The notes under the pieces: model-generated | What the model was told of the DNA's origin: nothing | The model's input: only the letters and a program-made list of their open reading frames with translations | The model's database searches: none | Made by a program: the position numbers and the translations under genes | Shown: piece by piece, positions 1 to 7,767 of the stretch | Position numbering within the stretch: position 1 is the first letter of the stretch | Layout: every line of letters starts with the position of its first letter | DNA from: a virus | Lineage: Duplodnaviria; Caudoviricetes | DNA length: 64,000 bases | Strand: one strand, 5' to 3' | Virus record (IMG/VR): IMGVR_UViG_3300031993_000004 | Location: 160,001-224,000 of that record

Positions 1-1
1 A

Positions 2-583
2 TTCACATATCTTGCGGATTTGACAGATGTGTCGGAACACCTGTCTGTCAATCGTTATCTGCTCGAGCATATTGCACATGGCATGATGATCTCTGGTTCC
101 ACAGATCAGTTCATTGAAGATATCGTGGATTGGCTGCGTTCTCTTGTTAAGATATTCCCAGAACTGGGATATGACGAGAAATCCCATCAGATCTTTGCAA
201 CAATTGATCTGACCGACCAGGTGGTTGTTGTAGATGAATCGTTGTACAAGCGTCTTGTTCCAATCATCCAGATTCAGCAGAAATATGGTATGATTGTTCA
301 GTATGACACAACAACTTGCACGCTTGCTAGATTCTTTGAAGAAATTCAAAGAAAGTATCCAGTAATCAAAGACCGTTACAAAGGTCTTGCGACGTCTGAT
401 CCGAGAGTGCTTCGTGAAATTGTCACGGATCCAAGAACAAGACATATCTTCCGAGTCGATGCGTCTGATATCAACACCATGAAGACATACGACATGCTTG
501 TTGGTAAAGGAAAAGAAGCTGTGAAGGCTCGTAAAGAAATGATAATGAATTTCCAATGGAAGCCATCCGATATAGATACATAA
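2..583 (+). CDS. gyrB: Type II topoisomerase / DNA gyrase subunit B-like protein, C-terminal part (5' end outside window)
   Basis: RYKGLATSDPRVLREIVTDPRTRHIFRV...TYDMLVG...ARKEMI parallels the GyrB C-terminal signature RYKGLGEMNPxQLxETTMDPxxRxLxxV...LMGxxVEPRREFI. The frame is open back to the window edge. Confidence 0.7.
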   Translation, partial: FTYLADLTDVSEHLSVNRYLLEHIAHGMMISGSTDQFIEDIVDWLRSLVKIFPELGYDEKSHQIFATIDLTDQVVVVDESLYKRLVPIIQIQQKYGMIVQYDTTTCTLARFFEEIQRKYPVIKDRYKGLATSDPRVLREIVTDPRTRHIFRVDASDINTMKTYDMLVGKGKEAVKARKEMIMNFQWKPSDIDT

Positions 584-596
584 GGGAGGAATACAC

Positions 597-2612
597 ATGC
601 CGACCACATATGATTGGATTACAAGGCCAAAGTATGAACTGTTTGATGATCTCAATGCACTGGATGAGATCACTGATCCCCAGCAAGTAGTCGACTTGCT
701 GGGTGATCCTGTTGTTCTGGAACGTTATCGGACAGATACCAGATTCGATTATCTGATGAACAGAACTGTTGGTATCGCAGAACTGTGCTGGAATAATCGG
801 ACACCCGACGGCGAGAAGCTCCAGAAAACGAATATCCGTGTGAAGAAACTGATCGAAGATGGCGATGATAAGATCAGAGTTCTTCCGCTGAACCGCTTTA
901 TGTATGTCCTGTCTCTGCTGCGTCCAATTATGGATTTCGTCGAAGATTTCAATCTCGACGAATTCATGTTGACATCGTATCTGACAAACAAACTTCGTGT
1001 ACAATTCCAGGATAAGATTGTGCGTGAACTGCAACGTCACGGCACTTCGATTAAAGACATCAACGAACGCATGGCTCGAATGTCGCTCGACTGGAAAATG
1101 ATGATGATCGATTTTGCTAAAGCCGACATGCAGATTTATACCGCAGAGAATCTGTTCCTTGATCATTATCGGGATTCTGAAGAAATCCGTGAAATCAATA
1201 ACACGGAATATCCAAGTGACATGCAGACTGCTGACATCGTTGAAGAGAATGCACGGCGTTACAAGATTCTGGAAGGAATCATGGTTGCGCGGCACAATCC
1301 ATTCTTCGAGAATAACAAGTATACGAAGCTTGTTAAGGATAAACAAATGGAAGAATTGTTTATCAATTTCTCTCAGATCCCGGATGGTCGTAATATCATC
1401 CCTGTTATTATGAATGGCAATGGCTTCCGTGCAGGTTATCATGCATTACCGGTATTCTATACAGGTGCAATTGCAGCACGTGTCCCTGACATCATGAACA
1501 AAGACTACATGGGTCAAGCGGGTTACTTCAATAGAAATCTGATGATGCTTGCATATGGAACGATTTCTCCAACCGTATATGACTGCGGTTCTAAGAATCC
1601 AATCCCAGTGACTGTCGATGAAACAATTCTCGAGATGTTTGATGGAAGATACTTCTATGAAGAAAAGAACAATGGTGTGCTCAAAGTTCTTCATAAAGGT
1701 GACAAGCACAGACTTGGCCAGAAACTGTGGTTCCGATCTCCGTGTACATGCAATCTGAATGAAGATTGTTGCCACATCTGCTATGGTCAACGTGCGCTGA
1801 AAGTTGCTGATCTGGTCGGCGGTTTCATCTATACGACAGAACTGATGACATCTCGTGTATCACAGAATATTTTGTCAGCAAAGCATCTGCTGAAATCAAA
1901 CGCTGAGAAGATTGTTTACTCTTCGAACTTCGACAAATACTTCGTTGTCGATATGTCGACGATCATTCCGCGTGATGAAAAGCGTTTTGACATTTATATC
2001 CGTGAGGATTATCTCGACAATATCTCAGAGCAATTCACATGCTACATCGGAAAAGATCTGATACCGGTGACGATTTCAAATTATGCATCAATCTCGATTC
2101 CGGATACGATTCTGGATAAATGCAAAGATGTTGTCATCGATGATGTGACATATTACAAGATTACGTCGCACAAGATTCTTGATGCAGGCGGACAGTTTGC
2201 GTATGTCATTCCGATCAATATCATGATGACAAAGCGCTACATGGACATCATGAAGCTATTCGAGTCCGACATTACCCGTTTCGCAACCATTGAGGATGCC
2301 GTTGTTGCATTGGCAAAGATGCTGCATGGTCTGATTCCGATTCTGTCCACGCATGGAGAAATCCTGATTGGTCATCTTGTGCGCCGGTTGGATAACAAAC
2401 TCTTGCGGCCTGACTGGACTGTTGAAAATCAGGAGTATCAGATCATGCGTCTGAAAACTGTGCTTCAGAACATTGAAGCATTCTCGACAGCGATGTCATT
2501 CGAGCAAACGAAACATCATCTGTATCACGACATCTTCGACAAACGTAATGCGACGAATCGTGTTGGTCCGCGTAGTTTTGTTGACTACATGTTTGGCCAG
2601 GAGAATATGTGA
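597..2612 (+). CDS. Phage multisubunit RNA polymerase beta' subunit, C-terminal half (non-virion RNAP type, AR9 gp154-like)
   Basis: Bridge helix/switch region AARVPDIMNKDYMGQAGYFNRNL; Zn site DCGS...RSPCTC...CCHICYG; trigger-loop region SQNILSAKH. No NADFDGD, as expected for a split beta'C. RBS GGGAGG. Confidence 0.9.
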   Translation: MPTTYDWITRPKYELFDDLNALDEITDPQQVVDLLGDPVVLERYRTDTRFDYLMNRTVGIAELCWNNRTPDGEKLQKTNIRVKKLIEDGDDKIRVLPLNRFMYVLSLLRPIMDFVEDFNLDEFMLTSYLTNKLRVQFQDKIVRELQRHGTSIKDINERMARMSLDWKMMMIDFAKADMQIYTAENLFLDHYRDSEEIREINNTEYPSDMQTADIVEENARRYKILEGIMVARHNPFFENNKYTKLVKDKQMEELFINFSQIPDGRNIIPVIMNGNGFRAGYHALPVFYTGAIAARVPDIMNKDYMGQAGYFNRNLMMLAYGTISPTVYDCGSKNPIPVTVDETILEMFDGRYFYEEKNNGVLKVLHKGDKHRLGQKLWFRSPCTCNLNEDCCHICYGQRALKVADLVGGFIYTTELMTSRVSQNILSAKHLLKSNAEKIVYSSNFDKYFVVDMSTIIPRDEKRFDIYIREDYLDNISEQFTCYIGKDLIPVTISNYASISIPDTILDKCKDVVIDDVTYYKITSHKILDAGGQFAYVIPINIMMTKRYMDIMKLFESDITRFATIEDAVVALAKMLHGLIPILSTHGEILIGHLVRRLDNKLLRPDWTVENQEYQIMRLKTVLQNIEAFSTAMSFEQTKHHLYHDIFDKRNATNRVGPRSFVDYMFGQENM

Positions 2613-2620
2613 GGTGTTCT

Positions 2621-3676
2621 ATGAATCAAGTTTCAAGTGGTCCGATTACTGGAACGCTGAAAGCGCGTTACAAAGTGATCTCCACAATTCTCGGAGAGTT
2701 GTATGATGCTCCGAATGGAATTGATATCTTCATCGACTTTGACACCTTCATCAAATCATTGTCCACATACCAAAAGTATCTGAACTATCTTCCGTTCTCT
2801 GGTGCAGAAGCGGAAGTTGAGGTGGATTTAATGTCGTCATTCTTGACGACATTAAACCACTGGAAGAACTTTGCAAAGAAATGGGACCATGTCCGTGTCA
2901 TAGGAATCATGAATTCCTTCGAGATGAAGAATCCTGCTGAACGGAAGCAGTTGAAGACATATCTTGTTCCGTATGAAAACAAACTGAAGAACGACAAATA
3001 TGTTCAATTCAAGTACTATGTGTCAGAATCGGTTAAGAAGGTTCAGGTCATTCTGAAATACGTTCCGAATATGTATCTGATTACATCCGACGAATTCGAT
3101 TCGTTGGTCATTCCGAATATTTTGGATGACTATGCGAAGAGCGGACGGAAACGGATCATCATTACTGGCAATCCTCTAATGACCGGATATCATATGATGC
3201 CGAATACGAAAGTCATCTATTCCAAGTTCAGACGAAACGGATCTCAGCAAATCGCAGATCCTGTTCAAATCGTACAAGCAATTTCAAAAGTTGATGAAGA
3301 CGATACTGTTGTGGAATTCACAAAGAATCCTGTATTCTATAATCTCCTCAATGTTATTGTTGGAGATTTTGATCGGGGTATTCTTGGATTAACACAACTT
3401 GGAATCACAACTTTTGCGTACAATCTGCTACGAGGCGTTGAACAAGGAAAGATTCGAAATGATCCCAAGAGTGTCGAATCCGTGCTTCCTGTAATTGATA
3501 AGGTGTATCATCCATACGTGTTACAGAATTATCCGCTCGTCGATCTGGAAGCACATACAAAGATGATTCCGCAATCCGCAATTCAGAATATGAAAGCGAC
3601 AATGATTGACATGGTCGACATTGATGGATTGCAGAAATACAGCATTGACGGTTTGAATCTGTTGGAACTGTTGTGA
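2621..3676 (+). CDS. Degenerate 5'-3' exonuclease/FEN (PIN + H3TH) fold protein
   Basis: IFIDFDTF, EFDSL and VGDFDRGILGLTQLG resemble the PIN/H3TH motifs. The SxDxD motif is replaced by TGNPL. Start taken at ATG 2621 after RBS GAGGTG. Confidence 0.45.
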   Translation: MNQVSSGPITGTLKARYKVISTILGELYDAPNGIDIFIDFDTFIKSLSTYQKYLNYLPFSGAEAEVEVDLMSSFLTTLNHWKNFAKKWDHVRVIGIMNSFEMKNPAERKQLKTYLVPYENKLKNDKYVQFKYYVSESVKKVQVILKYVPNMYLITSDEFDSLVIPNILDDYAKSGRKRIIITGNPLMTGYHMMPNTKVIYSKFRRNGSQQIADPVQIVQAISKVDEDDTVVEFTKNPVFYNLLNVIVGDFDRGILGLTQLGITTFAYNLLRGVEQGKIRNDPKSVESVLPVIDKVYHPYVLQNYPLVDLEAHTKMIPQSAIQNMKATMIDMVDIDGLQKYSIDGLNLLELL

Positions 3677-3677
3677 T

Positions 3678-3712
3678 ATCATGGGGGCGATGCCCCCATG
3701 ATTTATTTTTTC
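3678..3712 (+). terminator. Intrinsic terminator
   Basis: ATCATGGGGGC-GAT-GCCCCCATGAT followed by TTATTTTTT. Confidence 0.85.
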
Positions 3713-3715
3713 TTC

Positions 3716-3735
3716 ATATGTATATTATTAACATG
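3716..3735 (+). promoter_or_regulatory. Putative phage early (virion-RNAP) promoter
   Basis: ATATGTATATTATT-AACA-TG matches copies at 19381 and 36661. It lies just after a terminator and before a non-structural operon. Confidence 0.65.
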
Positions 3736-3786
3736 ACAAAGCACGGAAGACTTTGCCAAATATTTTGTCGAAAAGGAGAATTAACT

Positions 3787-4230
3787 ATGAGCGAAGAAAT
3801 TTCTGAGCGGATCTCTGCTATGCAAGCTCAAAGCAAAAAGTACGCGGAACGCATGATCGAATTGAAAAAGGAGATCGCGGACGCGGAAAACGAAATCAGA
3901 TTCTATTGCACAGTCTGTGGGGTGGATCCTGATGCATTTCTCTCATTGGATATGGCACGAGTTGAATCCGCAATGTGTGCCATTCCGGATGATGACAACA
4001 AATTGAATTTGGTGCAGAGTACACTGAAATTCTGCGAAGGCCACAAAGCCATTGATGCACTGCGAAACGAAGTACTTGAATTCCAACGTGGTGTTCAGGA
4101 ACTGTCTGCAGCCTCCCGCAGAAACGTCATTGAAAAATATGGCGAAGAGGCGGCAAACTTCGTTGAAGCTCTGGTAGACCTTATCGGGCCGAAGAGCCTC
4201 GAAGAAATTGCCAAGGAGGGCTGTGTATGA
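3787..4230 (+). CDS. Hypothetical coiled-coil protein
   Basis: RBS AAGGAG before ATG 3787; ATGA overlap with the next gene. Confidence 0.8.
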   Translation: MSEEISERISAMQAQSKKYAERMIELKKEIADAENEIRFYCTVCGVDPDAFLSLDMARVESAMCAIPDDDNKLNLVQSTLKFCEGHKAIDALRNEVLEFQRGVQELSAASRRNVIEKYGEEAANFVEALVDLIGPKSLEEIAKEGCV

Positions 4231-5450
4231 ACGCCATTGGACGAGTTGTATCAAATGCGGTCTCGACAGTTCTGTCTGAACCAATGAAGATGCTCCAGAA
4301 TACAATCAACGGATTGATGTGGTATACTATTGATGTTTCAACGTGGCGTTGGAATATCAAACAGGATATCATCATCAAGCATTTCCCACACATTCCCACG
4401 GAAATTGGTGTTGATATGTTCTGGACGGACACGATGGAAGCCGTCAATGGAAAAATGGTCGACAAACACTACAACAGATCTGTTGACTATGCCAAGATTC
4501 CTGGTAAGAGAATCGATGCGTGTGTCTTCGAAGGCACAACGATCTGGTTAGAATATGAGTGTAATCCGAGGGACAACAATTCTGATGGAAACTATCGGTT
4601 GACAATGGCCCTCAAGGTTCTCTACACAAAGAAGAACACTGAGACACTTCATAGATTCATCAGGATGATTGTAAGAGAATCAAAAGCCATTGAGGCGTAT
4701 GAATCGAAATTCATATACCGGAAAGTTCGTGGTAATTATTCTACAGAATGTCCGGGCAGACCGACCAGAAGTTTTGACAACGTGTTCATTCCGGACGCAC
4801 AGCAACAGCAACTGATCAATGGCATTAAGAAATTCTGTGCTGCTGAAAAATGGTACAAAGACCATTGCATTCCGTATCACTACGGGATTATGTTGCATGG
4901 CAATCCCGGAACAGGAAAATCGTCTGTTGTGCAGGCAATCATCAACATGATTGACTGTGATGTATTCTTCATTCCTTCAGACGGTTTATCCGAAGCCGTT
5001 GTCAACGAAGAGTGGTTACGATTCGCGTCAAAAGACAGGATGCGGGTCGTCATCGTCGAAGATGTTGACACCGTTCGATTCACACTGGACAGATCGAATG
5101 ATCATGACGAAAACGCATTTCGCGCAACTACAAAAGTTGCAACGATTGGTACGTTCTTGAACATGGTCGATGGATTTGCAAATCACGAAAAAGTGATTTA
5201 CATTTTCACGACAAATCATATCGATCGACTCGATCCGGCTTTGATCAGACCGGGACGGATTGACCTCTGTCTCGAAATTGATTATGTGAATGCCGAGACG
5301 TTTAGAAAGTTCTGTAAATTCCATTACGGAACTGCACCTGAAGGAACCGTTAACTTGCGCAGACATCTGACATTTGCAGAGTTGCAAGTAAAGGTTATGG
5401 AGGGATACACAATGGACCAGCTGGTTCAATATGTCAGAGGAGGAAAATAA
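4227..5450 (+). CDS. BCS1-like AAA ATPase
   Basis: RSFDNVFI...KWYKDHCIPYHYGIMLHGNPGTGKSS (Walker A), VVIVEDVD (Walker B, BCS1-type EDxD), FLNMVDG, TTNHIDRLDPALIRPGRID (second region of homology). Confidence 0.85.
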   Translation: MNAIGRVVSNAVSTVLSEPMKMLQNTINGLMWYTIDVSTWRWNIKQDIIIKHFPHIPTEIGVDMFWTDTMEAVNGKMVDKHYNRSVDYAKIPGKRIDACVFEGTTIWLEYECNPRDNNSDGNYRLTMALKVLYTKKNTETLHRFIRMIVRESKAIEAYESKFIYRKVRGNYSTECPGRPTRSFDNVFIPDAQQQQLINGIKKFCAAEKWYKDHCIPYHYGIMLHGNPGTGKSSVVQAIINMIDCDVFFIPSDGLSEAVVNEEWLRFASKDRMRVVIVEDVDTVRFTLDRSNDHDENAFRATTKVATIGTFLNMVDGFANHEKVIYIFTTNHIDRLDPALIRPGRIDLCLEIDYVNAETFRKFCKFHYGTAPEGTVNLRRHLTFAELQVKVMEGYTMDQLVQYVRGGK

Positions 5451-5451
5451 A

Positions 5452-6069
5452 ATGGCAAGGAAAAAAGACCCGGCCAATGAACCGAATGCATTTGAGATCT
5501 TTAATAATCCCGATAATGTGGAAAGCCCTGCAGAAGCACTGGGGAAGTTGCTGGCTCGAGGTGCCGAGCCGGAACCTGATACAAACGTGCAGCCGTTGTA
5601 CGGTTGTCCTATTCCGTCGGATCAGCAACCGCAGCCGCCGCAAATCAACTGGCCGAAGCTGCCGCAATTTAATCAAGGCGTCATTCCTAACAACAATTAC
5701 AGGATCGGTATCGGTAAACCGCCTGTTGGGCCAGTATACGCATCAGCGGGATTCCCAATGTGCGAATCCATTTCGACTCCATTCAACCCCATCGCATCAA
5801 TTATACCAGATGTGAAACACATGCAGTTTAACCTGAGATCGTTCCGGGTTGGCGAAGCCTACCATATCATTCGAACTGATCGGAATCTTGGAGGAAAAAT
5901 TTCGGAGACTGACGCATTACTGCAGAATGCGTCACCGACCAAGCTTACATTCCTGATTACTCGAGATGGTGGTCGAATCGATTCGATCAATATCACTATC
6001 GAAGATATGATACTGACAATGGCTGATCTGGACAAACCGTATATCCAGATCTATTATAAGCACATTTGA
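5452..6069 (+). CDS. Hypothetical protein, Pro/Gln-rich N-terminal half
   Basis: RBS GGAGGA; adjacent to the AAA gene in the same operon. Confidence 0.8.
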   Translation: MARKKDPANEPNAFEIFNNPDNVESPAEALGKLLARGAEPEPDTNVQPLYGCPIPSDQQPQPPQINWPKLPQFNQGVIPNNNYRIGIGKPPVGPVYASAGFPMCESISTPFNPIASIIPDVKHMQFNLRSFRVGEAYHIIRTDRNLGGKISETDALLQNASPTKLTFLITRDGGRIDSINITIEDMILTMADLDKPYIQIYYKHI

Positions 6070-6092
6070 TAGAAATAGAAAGGAAGCACAAA

Positions 6093-6839
6093 ATGAAAGT
6101 GAAAGAAATGAAACCTGACTGGTTCAGTGTAGAAATGCTGAAAAAGTGGGGCGTACAGATCATCAAACGCCCCGATTATTATGATGGCAGAAACCGTTGC
6201 GTTACTGTCATCATTGATGAAACCGTGCCCGCCGATACAGTTGTATTCGAAAATGGCATCACATTTAGAATGTCAACTGTTGCGCTTGACGATGTTGTCG
6301 ATAATATTTCGGTGGCATTGTCATCTGATTTCGTAAAAGCTTTCGTCGATGCAGTCAATGCATATGCAAAATGGAACGTCGTTCTGATCAGAAAGGTTCC
6401 TGGTACAAAATGGCTGAAAGATGCAATTGATCGAATTGACTTTATGCTCGAAATGTATAAGGTCGACATGAAGCATTTCAGCCATCTTGACTGGATGAGA
6501 TGCTGCGCGCATTTCGGTGGTGCAGATGCATTTCGTCAGCTTGTTACAGATGCAATCGCTTACAAGAGCGATGAGTTGTTCTCACTCTGTATGATTTGCA
6601 AAAATTGCAAGTGTGATCATGGACGACGCACTTGCAAAAAGGTATACGTTCCCGTTGACGAGGATGGTGAAGGAATACAGTCCCTGCGGAGAATGGATGA
6701 CGATCAACCCATTTCGAATGCTATCTCCGATATTCTTCCGACATTTCAGCAACGAGAACAATGTGCCCATTTTGTAAAGAACCAGACAAGAATAATCGAC
6801 GCAGTCACGAAATTCCGTGACGCAAGAAAGGAACGGTGA
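6093..6839 (+). CDS. Hypothetical protein with Cys cluster (possible metal binding)
   Basis: RBS AAGGAAG; CMICKNCKC...C motif. Confidence 0.75.
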   Translation: MKVKEMKPDWFSVEMLKKWGVQIIKRPDYYDGRNRCVTVIIDETVPADTVVFENGITFRMSTVALDDVVDNISVALSSDFVKAFVDAVNAYAKWNVVLIRKVPGTKWLKDAIDRIDFMLEMYKVDMKHFSHLDWMRCCAHFGGADAFRQLVTDAIAYKSDELFSLCMICKNCKCDHGRRTCKKVYVPVDEDGEGIQSLRRMDDDQPISNAISDILPTFQQREQCAHFVKNQTRIIDAVTKFRDARKER

Positions 6840-6869
6840 TCGCAGTGGGCATATTGTATGAAGCAGTGA

Positions 6870-7014
6870 TTGGTGGATTTGACCCGAAAAAATATAAGAC
6901 GGTCGATCGCCAACATCAAACATCTACCGAACCTCGTGGAGACGGGGAGGATCCGCGGGGTTCGAAACATATGGGGGCGAACGGGAGTGGGGAGGCACCC
7001 GTTCGTTCGGGGAG
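6870..7014 (+). ncRNA. Candidate structured RNA / 3' UTR: three hairpins, two displaying GGGGAGG in the loop
   Basis: Stems 6870-6884/6901-6913, 6928-6940/6952-6964 (loop GACGGGGAGGA) and 6975-6985/6998-7008 (loop AGTGGGGAGGCA), with several G-U pairs. A third GGGGAG lies at 7009-7014. Confidence 0.5.
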
Positions 7015-7056
7015 ATAATGCATGGGGGCGCTTCGGCGCCCCCGCATTATTTTTTC
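7015..7056 (+). terminator. Intrinsic terminator
   Basis: ATAATGC..GGGGGCGC-TTCG-GCGCCCCC-GCATTAT followed by a T tract. Confidence 0.9.
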
Positions 7057-7114
7057 TTCTATTATAGTATCGAAAAACGACTTCATAACCTTATATGGAA
7101 AGGAGTTGTCAGTC

Positions 7115-7333
7115 ATGGCAGCAAACAATGAAGACATCAGCACCTATCCGTTGACTTATGAGCTTCCGGATGGTGATGTTGTTCAACTTTGTACATGGGA
7201 ATTTGTCCTTGCAAAGTTGACACAATTAATCGATCCATTGGTTCAGCTTCTCACCATTGAGAATCAGGATCTTACCGGTATCAAAAACCGTATCGATGTA
7301 TGGATCGAAGAGCAAAGAGAAGATTCCGAATAA
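7115..7333 (+). CDS. Small hypothetical protein (start of tail fibre operon)
   Basis: RBS AAGGAG before ATG 7115. Confidence 0.7.
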   Translation: MAANNEDISTYPLTYELPDGDVVQLCTWEFVLAKLTQLIDPLVQLLTIENQDLTGIKNRIDVWIEEQREDSE

Positions 7334-7345
7334 GGAGGGATTAAA

Positions 7346-7753
7346 ATGGCTACAAGTATGGAACCGATTTTCGAGCAATTGATTGGTGTTATTAGCGCAC
7401 AGCAATCATTGATACATGATATCAAAACAAAGCTGGATGAATTGCAAGTCGGTGCCGGCGGCGGTGGAGGAACCGCATCAATCGAAGACTACCAATCTGG
7501 AAAACTGTATAAGAGAAACATGTTGATCGTTGACACGGATACGGAAACTGTATATCGTGTCCTCGTTCCCGAATATGTTTCGGATACAGTTGAAAACGAT
7601 AAGGCGGCCGGTAAAATCAAGCTGGTCGGATTTGAGAATGCTATCCAGACATTTAACCATGATCCGTCTCAGGAAGAAATCAATGCATTGCCGGATGGGA
7701 CGCTGGTTGGTGTTTATTCTTCGAACGATACACCTTACAATCCAGACACCTAA
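7346..7753 (+). CDS. Hypothetical virion-associated protein
   Basis: RBS AGGAGG; N-terminal coiled coil, poly-Gly linker, small beta domain. Confidence 0.75.
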   Translation: MATSMEPIFEQLIGVISAQQSLIHDIKTKLDELQVGAGGGGGTASIEDYQSGKLYKRNMLIVDTDTETVYRVLVPEYVSDTVENDKAAGKIKLVGFENAIQTFNHDPSQEEINALPDGTLVGVYSSNDTPYNPDT

Positions 7754-7767
7754 TGGGGGTGTAATGA

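Noticed and set aside
471-1442. 323-aa antisense ORF over the RNAP gene (likewise 56962..58053 and many shorter antisense ORFs)
   Set aside because: Shadow ORFs of well-supported genes, with no RBS or motifs.
6836-7018. 60-aa ORF overlapping the hairpin array
   Set aside because: It has a possible RBS and GTGA overlap, so it is not excluded. Its Gly/Arg-rich C-half is simply the translation of the GC hairpins, so it was not called as a CDS.
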